Below, one piece after another: positions 40,013-53,300 of a DNA stretch of 64,000 nt (position 1 is the stretch's first letter; each line of letters begins with the position of its first letter). The notes under the pieces were generated by a model that searched no databases, was not told where the DNA came from, and was given only the letters and a program-made list of their open reading frames with translations. This stretch comes from Mobula hypostoma. Lineage: Eukaryota. Both the position numbers and the translations under genes were made by a program. The DNA lies in contig NC_086097.1 of assembly GCF_963921235.1 (NCBI RefSeq), positions 227,232,001 to 227,296,000 on the forward strand, read 5' to 3'.

Positions 40013-40229
40013 GTATGGTGTTATATTTGACTTGTCTGCTTGTCGTAAGTTGTATGACTACTCAGTTTCAAATCCTTATCTTTCAATCCATCAGCTGCAT
40101 AGTCAATCCCACCATTTCCAGTACTCCCAATGTAATATTATCAGCACATATCTCTCCTTGCTCCCTCTGTCAGCATTATGAAGGATTGTGGTACAATACT
40201 GTGATTTAACTTATTCTCCTATCACTATT

Positions 40230-40625
40230 ACACATCTTTCCCTTACCATGCAAATGCTGGAGATGCAACATTCTCCTTTTACCTCCTTCTTTTCCCATTC
40301 TTTGCAAACCCAAATGTACTCTTGAGATGAAATTGTGATATACTTGCATTTCTTTCACCATACTTTACTGCATTCATTGCTAACAATACAGCCTGTTCTG
40401 TAATGGAGAAAAACCTCTTTTCAGTTTAAAATCATGACTGAACTTCTGATCATGCACCACTATAATTCTCCTTACAATTCCTACTTTGACTTACTTATCT
40501 GTTCAGTCTTTTCAGTCTCCTACACTGCTCCAATGAAGCTCAATCTGAGTTTAGGGTCATGTTTCAACCATGTATTTTATAGTGTTTTTTAGATTCAACA
40601 ATGAGTTCAACACTTTCAGATAAAG
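40230..40625 (+). mobile_element. Highly decayed Penelope GIY-YIG fragment
   Basis: Weak DNA resemblance to the reverse complement of 21018-21290. Confidence 0.4.
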
Positions 40626-41592
40626 GGTCTTTCCTTGTGGTTATATCTCTTCTAATTCAATCACTTTTTTTTTCTTTATTCCATTATCAATCTCTTTTAT
40701 CTTATCTCAATGTGTCTTTTAGCCAGATATAATTCCTCACTGCCTTGGAAATAATTTGACACAACAAATTATTTTTTTCCTATAAGAACTACAGTATATG
40801 CAGTTAAATTATTCTGTTCTCACTGATGGCAAAAGAATCTGAAGTACTTATTTACTGCTCTACCTTCTACTGTAGAATATCAATGCAAAATGTGGCTGGA
40901 CTTAGTGTGATATCAATTAAGATGTTTCTTAAGATCACATTACTCATCATGCCCCAGAGGCATAATAGAAATTAGTCGCACTTAGACTTTACAAATTAAT
41001 GATAAATGTCACTTGCAAAGCTACTTAAATTATATGTACAGGATGTGTTTTCCTTTGAGCATAAAGTTTAAAAACAGTTAATTATTTTCTGGTCAATAAA
41101 CTGACTAGAGTACACCAGTTGTCCTGTGTAGGTTTATTGTCAGTTTTAATTATTTAAAATCAATTAAACATATGTTGGATTAGAGTCTGCTTTTATTCCT
41201 TCCATATTATGTATCCTCTATTCACTTTTATATTCCTTCTTGTTACTCCATGTCGTTTGGTTACCTTCGCATAAAAAATTATCTCTGTCTTTATGACTCT
41301 AATCAATTTAACCTCCTTAGCACTTTGGATGGTTGATTCCTAAGATTCAAAGAGTCAGTCATAGAATCATACATCACTGAAATGGACCCTTTGACTCACT
41401 AAGTACCTGCCATCTTTTTTGCCCATCCACACTAATCCTGTTTGCTGCATTAGCAGCATATCATTCAATACCTTGCCTATTTAAATACCTTGGAAATGAG
41501 ACATGCTACCTCTTTCCACCACTTCCTCTGGCAGCATGTTCCAACTATCAGCCACTCTTTGTGTAAAAAAAGCTTTCCCTTCAAGTTCCTTT

Positions 41593-42200
41593 TGTAATGC
41601 CATAGTTCATTTTTTTCTAATTGTTAGCTGTTCTGTTTTTGGTTTTCGTGCTGTTCTCTGCGAACTGCTTGTTTGGGTTACCGTTGAAGATAGGGGATAG
41701 GAGATTTTTGTGTCATCCAATTAGGATGGCTGGATTAAGGGGAGGTTTCTCTGGTGAGGGACTTTAAGTTTAGGCTTGGGGCTTTTGTTAAGGAGAGGAA
41801 GAGAGAAGCTGCTGGAGAGAAGAGGTCGTAGATTCGACCTGGAGTGGGGCCATGATTCAACGAAGCCTGGGCTTTGATCGAAGGAGGATCGGCGAAGGGG
41901 AAGCTGTGAGCTCCAACTCGTGCACATTAGACTCTTTCATTAAAATGGACCCTTTTCTTTTTTTTGTTCTCTCTTTACTAACCCTTTGGTCAAATGAAGA
42001 ATTATAAAGCTAAATCTTTTAACTGTAGTGTGAGTCCGTTATTTCGTGGCACTTATTTGGAAGAGGGTAACGAATCACGCAGCATCCACTCACAGGGGTT
42101 TTCGGTTGGGCTTGCGCCTCAATCTCACATGTTTGGCCGGACCAGAGATCGTCTTCCCCGGACTTGCGCAGCTGACCCGACCAGAGTGTTTCACTTTCAA
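41593..42200 (+). mobile_element. LTR (about 41593-42129) with a short piece of internal sequence
   Basis: TGTAA...TCACA termini followed by a short spacer and TGG-initiated PBS-like sequence; interrupts an old CR1 tail. Confidence 0.5.
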
Positions 42201-42265
42201 AACTCCTTCTCACTTCAAACTTACTGCCGTTTTGTGTTTGATATCCCTACCAAAGAAAATAGATT

Positions 42266-44985
42266 TTAGAACATAAAACATAGAACAGTACAGCACAGTA
42301 CAGGCCCTTTGGCCCACAGTGTTGTGCCGACCCTCAAACCCTGCCTCCCATATAAGCCCCCACCTTAAATTCCTCCGTATACCTGTCTAGTAGTCTCTTG
42401 AACTTCACTAGTGTATCTGCCTCCACCACTGACTCAGGCAGTGCATTCCACGCACCAACCACTCTCTGAGTAAAAAACCTTCCTCTAATATCCCCCTTGA
42501 ACTTCCCACCCCTTACCTCTTGTATTGAGCAGTGGTGCCCTGGGCAAGAGGCGCTAGTTATCCACGCTATCTATTCCTCTTATTATCTTGTACACCTCTA
42601 TCATGTCTCCTCTCATCCTCCTTCTCTCCAAAGAGTAAAGCCCTAGCTCCCTTAATCTCTGATCATAGTGCATACTCTCTAAACCAGGCAGCATTCTGGT
42701 AAGTCTCCTCTGTACCCTTTCCAATGCTTCCATATCCTTCCTATAGTGAGGTGACCAGAACTGGACACAATACTCCAAGTGTGGCCTAACCAGAGTTTTA
42801 TAGAGCTGCATCATTAATTGGCGACTCTTAAACTCTATCCCTCGACTTCTGAAAGCTAACACCCCATAAGCTTTCTTAACTACCCTATCCACCTGTGAGG
42901 CAACTTTCAGGGATCTGTGGACATGTACCCCGAGATCCCTCTGTTCCTCCACACTACCAAGTATCCTGCCATTTACTTTGTTCTCTGCCTTGGAGTTTGT
43001 CCTTCCAAAGTGTACCACTTCACGCTTCTCCAGGTTGAAGTCCATCTGCCACTTCTCAGCCCACTTCTGCATCCTAGCAATGTCTCCCTACAATCTTTGA
43101 CAATCCTCTGCACTATCGACAACACCACCAACCTTTGTGTCGTCTGCAAACTTGCCAACCCACCCTTCTACCCCAACATCCAGGTCGTTAATAAAAATCA
43201 CGAAAAGTAGAGGTCCCAGAACAGATCCTTGTGGGACATCACTAGTCACAATCCTTCAATCTGAATGTACTCCCTCCACCACGACTCTCTGCCTTCTGCA
43301 GGCAAGCCAATTCTGAATCCACCTGGCCAAGCTTCCCTGGATCCCATGCCTTCTGACTTTCTGAATAAGCCTACCATGTGGAACCTTGTCAAATGCCTTA
43401 CTAAAATCCATATAGATCACATCCACTGCACTACCCTCATCTATATGCCTGGTCTCCTCCTCAAAGAACTCTATCAAGCTTGTTAGACACAGTCTGCCCT
43501 TCACAAAGATGTGCTGACTGTCCCTGATCAGACCATGATTCTCTAAATGCCCACAGATCCTATCTCTAAGGATCTTTTCCAACAGCTTTCCCACCACAGA
43601 CGTAAGGCTCACTGGTCTATAATTACCCAGACTATCCCTGTTACCTTTTTTGAACAAGGGGACAACACTTGCCTCCCTCCAATCATCCGGTACCATTCCC
43701 GTGGACAATGAGGACATAAAGATCCTAGCCAGAGGCTCAGCAATCTCTTCCCTCGCCTCGTGGAACAGCCTGGGGAATATTCCGTCAGGCCCCGGGGACT
43801 TATCCGTCCTAATGTATTTTAACAACTCCAACACCTCCTCTCCCTTAATATCAACATGCTCAAGAACATCAACCTCATTCATATTGTCCTCACCATCATC
43901 AAGTTCCCTCTCATTGGTGAATACTGAAGAGAAGTATTCATTGAGGACTTCGCTCACTTCCACAGCCTCCAGGCACATCTTCCCACCTTTATCTCTAATC
44001 GGTCCTACCTTCACTCCTGTCATCCTTTTTTTCTTCACATAATTGAAGAATGCCTTGGGGTTTTCCTTTACCCTACTCGCCAAGGCCTTCTCATGCCCCT
44101 TTCTCGCTCTCCTCAGCCCCTTCTTAAGCTCCTTTCTTGCTTCTCTATATTCCTCAATAGACCCATCTGATCCCTGCTTCCTAAACCTCATGTATGCTGC
44201 CTTCTTCCACCTGATTAGATTTTCCACCTCACTTGTCACACAGGGTTCCTTCACCCTACCATTCTTTATCTTCCTCACTGGGACAAATTTATCCCTAACA
44301 TCCTGCAAGAGATCTCTAAACATCGACTACATGTCCATAGTACATTTCCCTGCAAAAACATCATCCCAATTCACACCCGCAAGTTCTAGCCTTAGAGCCT
44401 CATAATTTGCCCTTCCCCAATTAAAAATTTTCCTGTCCTCTCTGATTCTATCCTTTTCCATGATAATGCTAAAGGCCAGGGAGCGGTGGTCACTGTCCTC
44501 CAGATGCTCACCCACTGAGAGATCTGTGACCTGACCCGGTTCATTACCAAGTACTAGATCTAGTATGGCATTCCCCCTAGTCGGCCTGACCACATACTGT
44601 GACAGGAATCCATCCTGGACACACTTAACAAACTCTGCCCCATCTAAACCCTTGGAACTAATCAGGTGCCAATCAATATTAGGGAAGTTAAAGTCACCCA
44701 TGATAACAACCCTGTTATTTTTGCACCTTTCCAAAATCTGCCTCCTAATCTGCTCCTCTGTATCTCTGCTGCTACCAGGGGGCCTATAGAATACCCCCAA
44801 TAGAGTAACTGCTCCCTTCCTGTTCCTGACTTCCACCCATACTGACTGAAAAGAGGATCCTGCCACATTACCCACACTTTCTGTAGCTGTAATAGTATCC
44901 CTGACCAGTAATGCCACCCCTCCTCCCCTTTTTCCGCCCTCTCTATCCCTCTTAAAGCACTGAAATCCAGGAATATTGAGAATAT
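42266..44985 (-). mobile_element. CR1 LINE ORF2 (APE plus RT), second subfamily, 5'-truncated
   Basis: ORFs 44327-45031, 43256-44323 and 42554-43072 with GGGVALLV, GDFN, DSDH, KSPGPDG, FSKAFD and RPHLEYC. Confidence 0.95.
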
Positions 44986-46189
44986 CTTGACTCTTCCCTG
45001 TGCTTCTCATAATTTTATATACTTCTGTCATCTTCCCTCTCTTGAATTAGGGTAAAAAAATTTCTCCTCATCTCTTTTCTAGATGGCAGATCTATTATTT
45101 TCAAACTGTGACCCATGCTTTGGGCTGACTCTTTAGTGGGGTTGTTTTACAATGTTTATTATATTCTGCTATTGATGTTTTAACTTCACCAGGATAACAC
45201 AGTTTCTAGGGTCATGTAGCCATGCTCCCCGTAGCTCTCACTGCTCTCCACATTGAACCAAGACTGGCCTCTTTGTTAAATTGGTAGAGTAAGGGGTAAC
45301 TTACAGATAAGAGTTTACAATTTGTAGCAGAATTTTTTTTGCTGATCATCCAGACCCAGATAGATGTGCTTCTGGTTATTTTCTATATCTAAACCATTTA
45401 GAAGCATTGTAGTTTTTAAAAATCCTTTTTTGAGATATGGATATCAGTGGCAAGTCCAACATTTATTGCCAATGGCTAATTATCCTTGAGCTATTTTTTT
45501 GTAACTTTGTCATCTTTCTGGTGTGGAGTGATCTCCACAATTTACAACCAGGGATTATGAAGGAACAGTGATATATTTCCACATTGGAATTGTGTATGAT
45601 TTGGAAGAAGACCCTGCTGGTGGTAGTGTTTCTACGCACCTAGTATCTTTAGCTTTCCTAGTGGTAGGAATCTTAGGTTTGGGTAGCGTTGTTGGTGTAG
45701 TTGGTCAAGTTATTGTAGAGCAGTTTATAGATGTGTATGTTGCTGCCATTGTGTGGTCGTGCTAGAGAAAAGGGATGTTTACAGTGGTGGAGCAGATGAC
45801 AATTAAAGAAGCAACTTATCATGGATGATGTCACATTGATCATCTGTTGTTGGAGTTGAACTCAAGTGGGCAAGTGAAGAGTATTCCATGGCCGTCCTAA
45901 CTCATGCTTTGCTAATAGTAGGTTGTCCAGATGTAAGCTATTCAATGCAGGTTTCCCAACTTCTTATTCATTTCTGACCTGTATTTATGTGGCTAGTTAA
46001 GATTCTGGTCAGTGCTGATCTCCAAAATGTTGAAAATGGTGATGTGGCAATGGTAAAGGAATTGTGTGTCAAGAGTGAGGGTTTGGACTGCTTTTTTTTT
46101 GATATGGTCATTATATATGTGATTAAACTCTCCCGCATTGTAGATGGTTACAGATTGGCACTTATGTGGTATACGGCCTTCTTTCAAAC

Positions 46190-46975
46190 TTGTTTCAAAT
46201 GTTTCAAAAGTACATTTAATATCACAGAAATGTATACAATATACATTCTGAAATTCTTTTTATTTGCAACCGTCCATGAAAACAGAGGAGTGCCCCAAAG
46301 AATGAATGAAGGTTAAATGTTAGAACCCCAAAGCCCTCCCACAATTCTGCCCTCCCACACGTAAGCAGCAGCAAAGCGATGATACCCCCTCCCCCACAGC
46401 AATAAAAGTATCGGTGCCCCCCCCCACCGAGCATTCAAGCATGCAGCAAGCATCAATAAAGACACAGACTTGTAGTGTGCCAAAGACTACTTGTTCTCCC
46501 AGTAATTCGACATACCATTGGCTCTCTCCCTCTCCATAATAAAGGAAAAAGAGGTATCTCTGTTTTACAGCGAGAGGGGAGACATTAACAAACAACTCGC
46601 TGATTTATGATGTTAAAAGTCCATTGCATTGCTTTTTTCAAGTTCTGTGCCCAAAGTACTCGGGTCTCTGGGCACAAGCCAACAGCCAGCTCAGTGCTTT
46701 CAATCTTCCATCTCCCACGACACACCAATTCCCTGCAGAGGCACCGACCATGAGTCCGCCCGCCTCCAGAGCCACGAAATCACAGAACCCTGAAGGCATG
46801 CTAATCTTCTAGACTACGTCCTTGGTATATCAGATAGTGGGCAGTCATTAGACCCTGAGAGCAGGTCCTATTCCTGCAAAAAACTGAAGTCAGCGTGTAA
46901 CTCTAGGTCAGGGTCTTCAAAAGAACCTTGAAAGGGAAAAATAGAGATATTAAAGATAGAATTAGAGCTGTGAAA
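46190..46975 (-). mobile_element. Non-autonomous LINE-tailed repeat
   Basis: Minus-strand tail ...attaaatgtacttttgaaacatttgaaac resembles the end of 1321-2172. Confidence 0.5.
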
Positions 46976-47440
46976 GTGAAAACTGAAAAACTGCGAGTAA
47001 AGTTGAACCTTCTGCAAGCATTAGCAAACATCACATTTCGTACCAAATGATGGACAGTTTATTGTAGAAGTAGTGAAAATGGTCCGGCCTCAGGCATAGC
47101 CCTGAGAAAAAGCACTGATATCCGAGGGGGGTGGGGCGTGGTTTGAGATCATTGATGTAACCACAATTGTCTTCCTTTATGCAACACAACACTAGCAGGA
47201 GGCTTGGTGGGACATCAGTGAGTGTGAGGTCATTATTTTTTGTCTGTACAAGTACTGTGTGCTGGTCACTCCTGCCAATATTGTCATGGTCAGATACATC
47301 TGCCACAGGTGAATTGAGGAAAAGAAATTCTGGTCAATGTGTATCCCTTGTGTTGCTTCACTGACAACCTGTTGCAGCACAGTCCAGTAGAGTTTTTATT
47401 TAGGAATTTAACATTTTATTCAGAGGTGTAGTGTTTCTGA

Positions 47441-48492
47441 GGCTATGTCCACACTACGCCGGATGATTTTGAAAACGGCGGTTTGGAGTAAAAATGACAG
47501 GCGTACACACTAAGCATTTTTCAAAATATCTCTGTCCATACTAACATGGCTATTTGGGCGAATCTCCTCTACTGGGCACACGCAAGACACACAGAAAACA
47601 AGCGAAGAGGAAACGGTATACTTAGTGCGCGTGTTCAGTTACAGAGTAGAAAAACTTCAAAGGAACTGCTCTTGGCTCTCGCGCAGGAGGACTTAAAACT
47701 AAAAAAAAACAAATACTGGAGCGTATGGAGGCAACCGACAGGGAGTTCACGGACAGTATGATCCGGCTGACGACGAATATTGAAAAACTGACTAACTCTG
47801 GTGCATTAATAAAGTACCCTGTTAAATGTATAAAACATGTCTGCATCAGTGTTATCTTGTATTTCCATACAATGTTACATTAGGCTGTTACACATCTACT
47901 GTCAGAGAAGTATTTGCATAAATAGGTAAACCACCTTCATACAAGTAAGGACAGAAAACACGGCAAAGTGAGTATACTTATTTATTCAGTAAGCTATGGG
48001 TCAAAGTATTTGGTGAGTACATTTCTAACTCTTCTGGCTTCAGTCTCGTTGCCGTCTGTTCTGAAATTGTTAGGTTGTGTGGGGGGTTGCGTTCAAGAAA
48101 ACAACGAAATGCCGCGCTGCGACCATCTGTTCCGGCACGTCATGACAATGTTTTTAGATAGTCAAAAATGCTCACTTTACAATTTAACTCTCACGCCGTT
48201 CACACCGACTGCACGTTATAAGAGCCGTACGGCAGTGCTTGCGCAGTACTAAGCAGAAGCAGAAAAAGTATTGTTGTTGTCGTGTTGTCATGACAACGTT
48301 TTTAAATCTCTCCGTTTACCCCGTACATACTACAACGGATATTAGGCGTTTTCAGATTTATTCACTCTGGAGACTGTTTCTGAAAATCTCCGTTTTCGGG
48401 GGATGAAAATGCCGCTTTAGTGTGGATGGAGGGTCAAAACGAAGAGAAAAAGCTTCATTTTCAAAATTGTCTGGCGTAGTGTGGATGTAGCC
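47441..48492. mobile_element. Non-autonomous PIF/Harbinger element
   Basis: TIRs ggctatgtccacactacgcc / ggcgtagtgtggatgtagcc with subterminal inverted similarity; 3-bp TSD TGA. Confidence 0.8.
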
Positions 48493-49076
48493 TGAGCTAG
48501 TCTTGAAATTCATCGCCAAAAGTAAAGTGCTTACCATTACAATTCTTAATACATCCTTCAATTGTTGTTAAATGGGTTATTATTGATTCTTCAACTGAAG
48601 ACCCAAGGTGTTAATTGGCAGATGCCAACTACATTGTTATATATAGCACGGAGACCTGGCTGGATACAAGTGGCAGATTCTCTTCTCTAAAGGGAATTAC
48701 TGAATCAGACATGATTGGTTCCCATTATTAACTTCTCAATTGGCCCAGATTATTTAGCATACTAAATTCCCTAACTGGATTTAAACCCATGTTTCTAATT
48801 TATTAGCCGAGAGCTTTGAACTACAACTCTGGAAATTGTAGCCATTTTATCTCCATCCTCTTTGGGACCTTTTGGAACAGCTTCTTTGAATTTCCAGCCC
48901 AATATCTCTCCAAGTGAAGATAATTCACTTCTCAGAAGAGAGATTTGGAATATCTTGCCACACTTCTTTCATGCTAGGCACAAAGATGATGTAATAGAAA
49001 TATATATTTCTAAAAATTACAAATAATTGATGCATTTGAAATTAGATTGTTTATTCTTGGAAATTTGTATTGACAG

Positions 49077-49307
49077 ATATTAGCGACAAATGAAACCGTC
49101 TGTAATTTAAAAGATGAAATAGTGGCTTTGCAATGTCAGTGTGAAGAAAAGTGTAGCCAATTGGAAACCTGCAAAGAGATGATTGATCAGCTGTCAGAGA
49201 AATTAAATAGAAGTCAAAAAGACTTTCAAAGTAACAAGGACTTTACTCAGCAATGTGAAGAATTAATCCAGAGGTTAAAAGATGAGGCCCAGAAGATCCA
49301 AACAGAG
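49077..49307 (+). CDS. Coding exon F (77 aa, ILATNETVCNLKDE...QKIQTE)
   Basis: Acceptor ttgtattgacag|ATA, donor GAG|gttaac; overlaps ORF 49122-49340. Confidence 0.85.
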
Positions 49308-50006
49308 GTTAACATATTTCACTTACACTTTGTGTTGTAACCAATATTAAACCTGAAGTAAACATGCTGAAGTATTGACTCAGAAGTAATTGAAGATAAG
49401 GCGCTGAATGTCAGTGTCAATGCATGTGGATGGATTTCTGTCTCTGGAGAGTTTGAGTCTAGGTAAACCTACATAGAGCCAGCAGATTCCAGGCGGTTTG
49501 AATGGCATCCTTCCATGTTGTGCACTGTCCATGATGCTGTGTTTCTGTAATGCATAAAACATTCCATTCATTACATTTCATCAGCTTTCGTATGTATTGC
49601 AAATGAACTTTTTATTTTTTTGATCATCATCCAGAATCTTTCAAACACTAACTTTCCCCAGCCTCACATGGTTTATATAACAATTTTCCGTTTTTTTACT
49701 AAAGTGAATAACCACACATTTCCTTGCATTAGACTCGCATCTGCCATTTTGTTGGCTTTTTAAATGGTTTATGTCCTTTGCAAACATTGTACGTTCTCCT
49801 CACAACATATATTCCTACCTATCCATCTATAAGTCATCAACACACATGGATCTTTGGATTCAACATACCTTACTTAAATCATTAGTGCAAAATGTAAATA
49901 GCTGTGGCTCTTGCAGCAATCCCTGTGGGATTCCGTGTGTTGTAGTCATTTTCATTGCAGATTTCCAGGATCTGCATTTTTTCATCTGTTATAGCATTGT
50001 TGCTTA

Positions 50007-50607
50007 TGTAACGCTCAGCTATATCGGCTGATATTTATCTAGGGGAAACCCCTGTCCGCCGCCTGAGATTGTCTCCCGGTTGCGTCGGTTGCTGTGCAAT
50101 GCCACCTGACTTGGCCTCAAACATCAATCATCAGCCAGCACACAATGTACATTTTACAGATTACACTTTATAATTCTTACTAGGACTATGAGATTAATAC
50201 AGATACAATATAAAAGGAAATAAAAAAGGTGCCAAACTTATCAAAGTTCAATTTCTTCGTGCACACAGTTGGAGCTCGGGAACGTCTTTCTTCACCTTGT
50301 GATCCACTCCGACCCCCTTGACTCACAGCTCGGGACCACCCAAAGTGATGGGCCAGAGCGCTCCCAGCACGTCCGTCTTACTCCCGGTCTCTCCTCCAAC
50401 TCCCCGTGAAAACCCCCATTTCCCAGCCATGTGAGACAGCATATCACCCCAAAAAGGAATAACATGGACACCCATTGGTTCATTTGCTCTCTTATCAACA
50501 AGATAACCCAAACAAGCTGCAGCGAGAGAACCTCCTCAACATTTAGCATAACAAAGAAGCCATTTTGATTAACATACGCAGTAACATAAAAGAAGAAACC
50601 CCTTACA
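50007..50607. mobile_element. Solo LTR (601 bp), Gypsy-type
   Basis: TGTAA...TTACA termini and perfect 4-bp TSD ctta. Confidence 0.8.
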
Positions 50608-51230
50608 CTTAAATAGTTCAGAGAATTCGGTGCAAACTCAAGGATATTGATAGGTAATGCACCTGATGTACAGTGAAAAAGTCCGACTGACCTTTGGCAT
50701 GATTTACTAGGACTGATTAAGCTTTAGGCAGGATGTAGACATAATGTAGAAGAACAGATAACAAACATGATCTCTGCAAACGCATCCTCTTCTCTTAAAT
50801 CTTGTTCGATCATTTTATGCTCTATTCTGATTGGAATTTTAAACTGGACATCTGATGTGTATACTATCCCTGCTAGTTACTTTGATATTTATCTGCAGTT
50901 TCTTAGTTAGCTGACTCAATTCACCAATGAGCCATTCTTAAAAATTCTTCACCAATTTTCCCCTCAAATCTGCTGAGTCTATCCAATATTTTCAGTTTTT
51001 TAGTTTCTGATTTTCATCTGTAATGTTTTTTTAAATCTCCCTATTCCCATAGACTGGAAATGGCTAAAATTGTTCTGTTGATAAAAAAAAGTGTGGCAAA
51101 AAGTGTAATGTATGCATCTATCTATTTAAGAGCAATGACCCCCCCCCCCTTTAGGACTATGTATTGATTTGTTTTCTGTGCATACGCTGTTGTCTGTACA
51201 TTGTTTTCTCTCTCTTGCTGCAATGTGAAT

Positions 51231-51580
51231 CATCATCATCAGGTGACGTGCCCAGTTTGAGCTTTGACTGCCATGGCCCACACACTCCTGTTTTGGGTCA
51301 AGTGGATCAATTCATTGGTATTCATTTCCAGTTCTCTGGCTGCTGTTTCCATCATCATTTGTCTTTGTCTTGCTCTTGCTTTCTTCCCTTCAATCTTTCC
51401 CATAATTACCGTGCATTCTAACTCCTCTTTCCTAATCACATGCCCAATGAAGTTACATTGCCTTTTCATGATCTGATACATTATTTCTCTTTTTGTGTTT
51501 GCTCTGTTCATGACATCCTTGTTAGATATTTGTTTCGTCCATGATTTTCTTTGCATCCTCCTCAAAAACCACGTCTCTGC
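51231..51580 (-). mobile_element. RTE-clade LINE 3' end with 15-bp TSD
   Basis: AETWFLRRM...FIGHVIR...GKIEGK motif, (tga)n tail, TSD tgctgcaatgtgaat at 51216-51230 and 51581-51595. Confidence 0.85.
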
Positions 51581-51596
51581 TGCTGCAATGTGAATA

Positions 51597-53251
51597 CAGG
51601 TTTCTCCCGCCATCTGAAGGTAGACCGTTCCTATGAAACGGTTCGTAAACCGGAATGTTGTAAAGCGAAGAAGCAATTACCATTAATTTATATGGGAAAA
51701 ATTTGTGAGCGTTCACAGACCCAAAAATAACCTACCAAATCATGCCAAATGACACATAAAACCTAAAATAACAGTAACATGTCGTAAAAGCAGGAATAAT
51801 ATAGTAAGTACACAGCCTATATAGAGTAGAAATACTTCTCGACAATCATTGCCTGCACTGTTCTCCGTAGCGAAAATCTCATGCAAGCGCTGTCGGCAGA
51901 AACACGGCGCAAGCACTGTCGGAAAAACACTCTCTCCAGTAACATTTAAGCTGCCAAATCATACCAAATAATGCATAAAAATACACAGCCTATATAAAGT
52001 AGAAATAATGTATGTACAGTGTAGTATCACTTACCGGAATTGGGAAGACAGCGCAGAGCGCACTGATGGTGTGTTAGGCTGAATCGTCGGAGGTTGGGGT
52101 GGTGCAGTGGTCCCCACCCTCCGGGCTGCAAACCGATACCGATCCGCGAAGCATGCAGGGGTACAGCGGTAGCCGGGACGCACCCAGCACATCTTTAAGA
52201 AAAAAGCCGAAATAAACAAGCTAATTAATTAGGTGCCGCCCGGCATGTAAATGTCGGCCTAGATCAGAGGCGATGCAATCGGCAATCGCCTCTGACTTGG
52301 GCCGACATTTACGTGCCGGGCGGCACCTAATTAATTAGCTTGTTTATTTCAGCTTTTTTTCTTAAAGATGTGCTGGGTGCGTCCCGGCTACCGCTGCATT
52401 CTTCGTGGATCGGTATCTGTCTGTGGCCCAGGGGTTGGGGTGGTGGGACACTGGGGTGTCATCTCGTCGTCATCTGTTTCCATCAGGGCAGGCAGGTCAT
52501 CTTCTTCTATGTCGTGCCTGCCTCGATGTCGAAGGTTGAGGTTCGTCGTCTGCTGTGGCTGATGTGGAAGGCTTGCTTAACTGCTTAGCCTCGTGCATTT
52601 TTCTATCATGCAGTTCTTTCTAAGGACTCAAGCCATCTTGCAAATATGCCCTAAACCGACGTACCCTTTCAAAATTAAAGTTGTACTTTATCATTGCAGC
52701 GAAAATCTCACGCTGTTGCTTCACGTTCAGTTCCTGGACGACTTCACTTTCGGTCCATTTGCTACTGCATTCATTTTCGATTGTTATCCTTTCCTCTTCC
52801 AATTGCAGCAGCTCTTTATCTATCAGTTCTAGGTCATGGGATGCCAAAACCTCTTCAACATCATCTTCTTCAGCTTCCACAAGCCAAACTCACTTCGTCC
52901 TTACTTCGTTCACCACGATCGAAACGCTTAATTATGTCTAGTTTTACACTAAGTGTAACACCCTTCCGAGCTCTTTTAGGCTTTTCCGATACCTTGGAAC
53001 TCATCTTGCTAATGGCTGCTCACAGGCATGTGTTTAAGCAATGCCGGCGAGAATGCAGTTCCGAATCCAGGGGAGGAGTATGGCTGCTCGGGGCGCGCGC
53101 TGCTTTTTTTCGCGCGCTGCTTTTTTTTTGCGTGCTGCCTTTTTTTGTAACAGTGAAAACACCTTCTGTTAGCGAAAACAGGTAACTAATATAGGTCTTT
53201 CGTAACAGTGAGGTTTTGTAAAATGAGTGTTCGAAAAGCGGGGGATACCTG
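51597..53251 (-). mobile_element. Tigger/pogo internal-deletion derivative
   Basis: TA-flanked CAGGT...ACCTG TIRs; minus-strand N-terminus MSSKVSEKPKRARKGVTLSVKLDIIKRFDRGE (CENP-B-type HTH) joined to acidic C-terminus DVEEVLASHDLEL. Confidence 0.85.
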
Positions 53252-53300
53252 TACACCAGTTAAAACAATCTATTGTGTGCCAGCTTTTATTTAATATATA

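Larger units (their letters stand above)
6968..49307 (+). other. Span of the identifiable coding exons of a large coiled-coil protein gene (PMFBP1/CCDC18-like, tentative); gene probably extends beyond both window edges
   Basis: Six AG/GT-bounded exons, all phase 0, join into 372 aa with no stop and E/K/Q/L-rich heptad character; flanks are non-repetitive AT-rich DNA. Confidence 0.8.
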
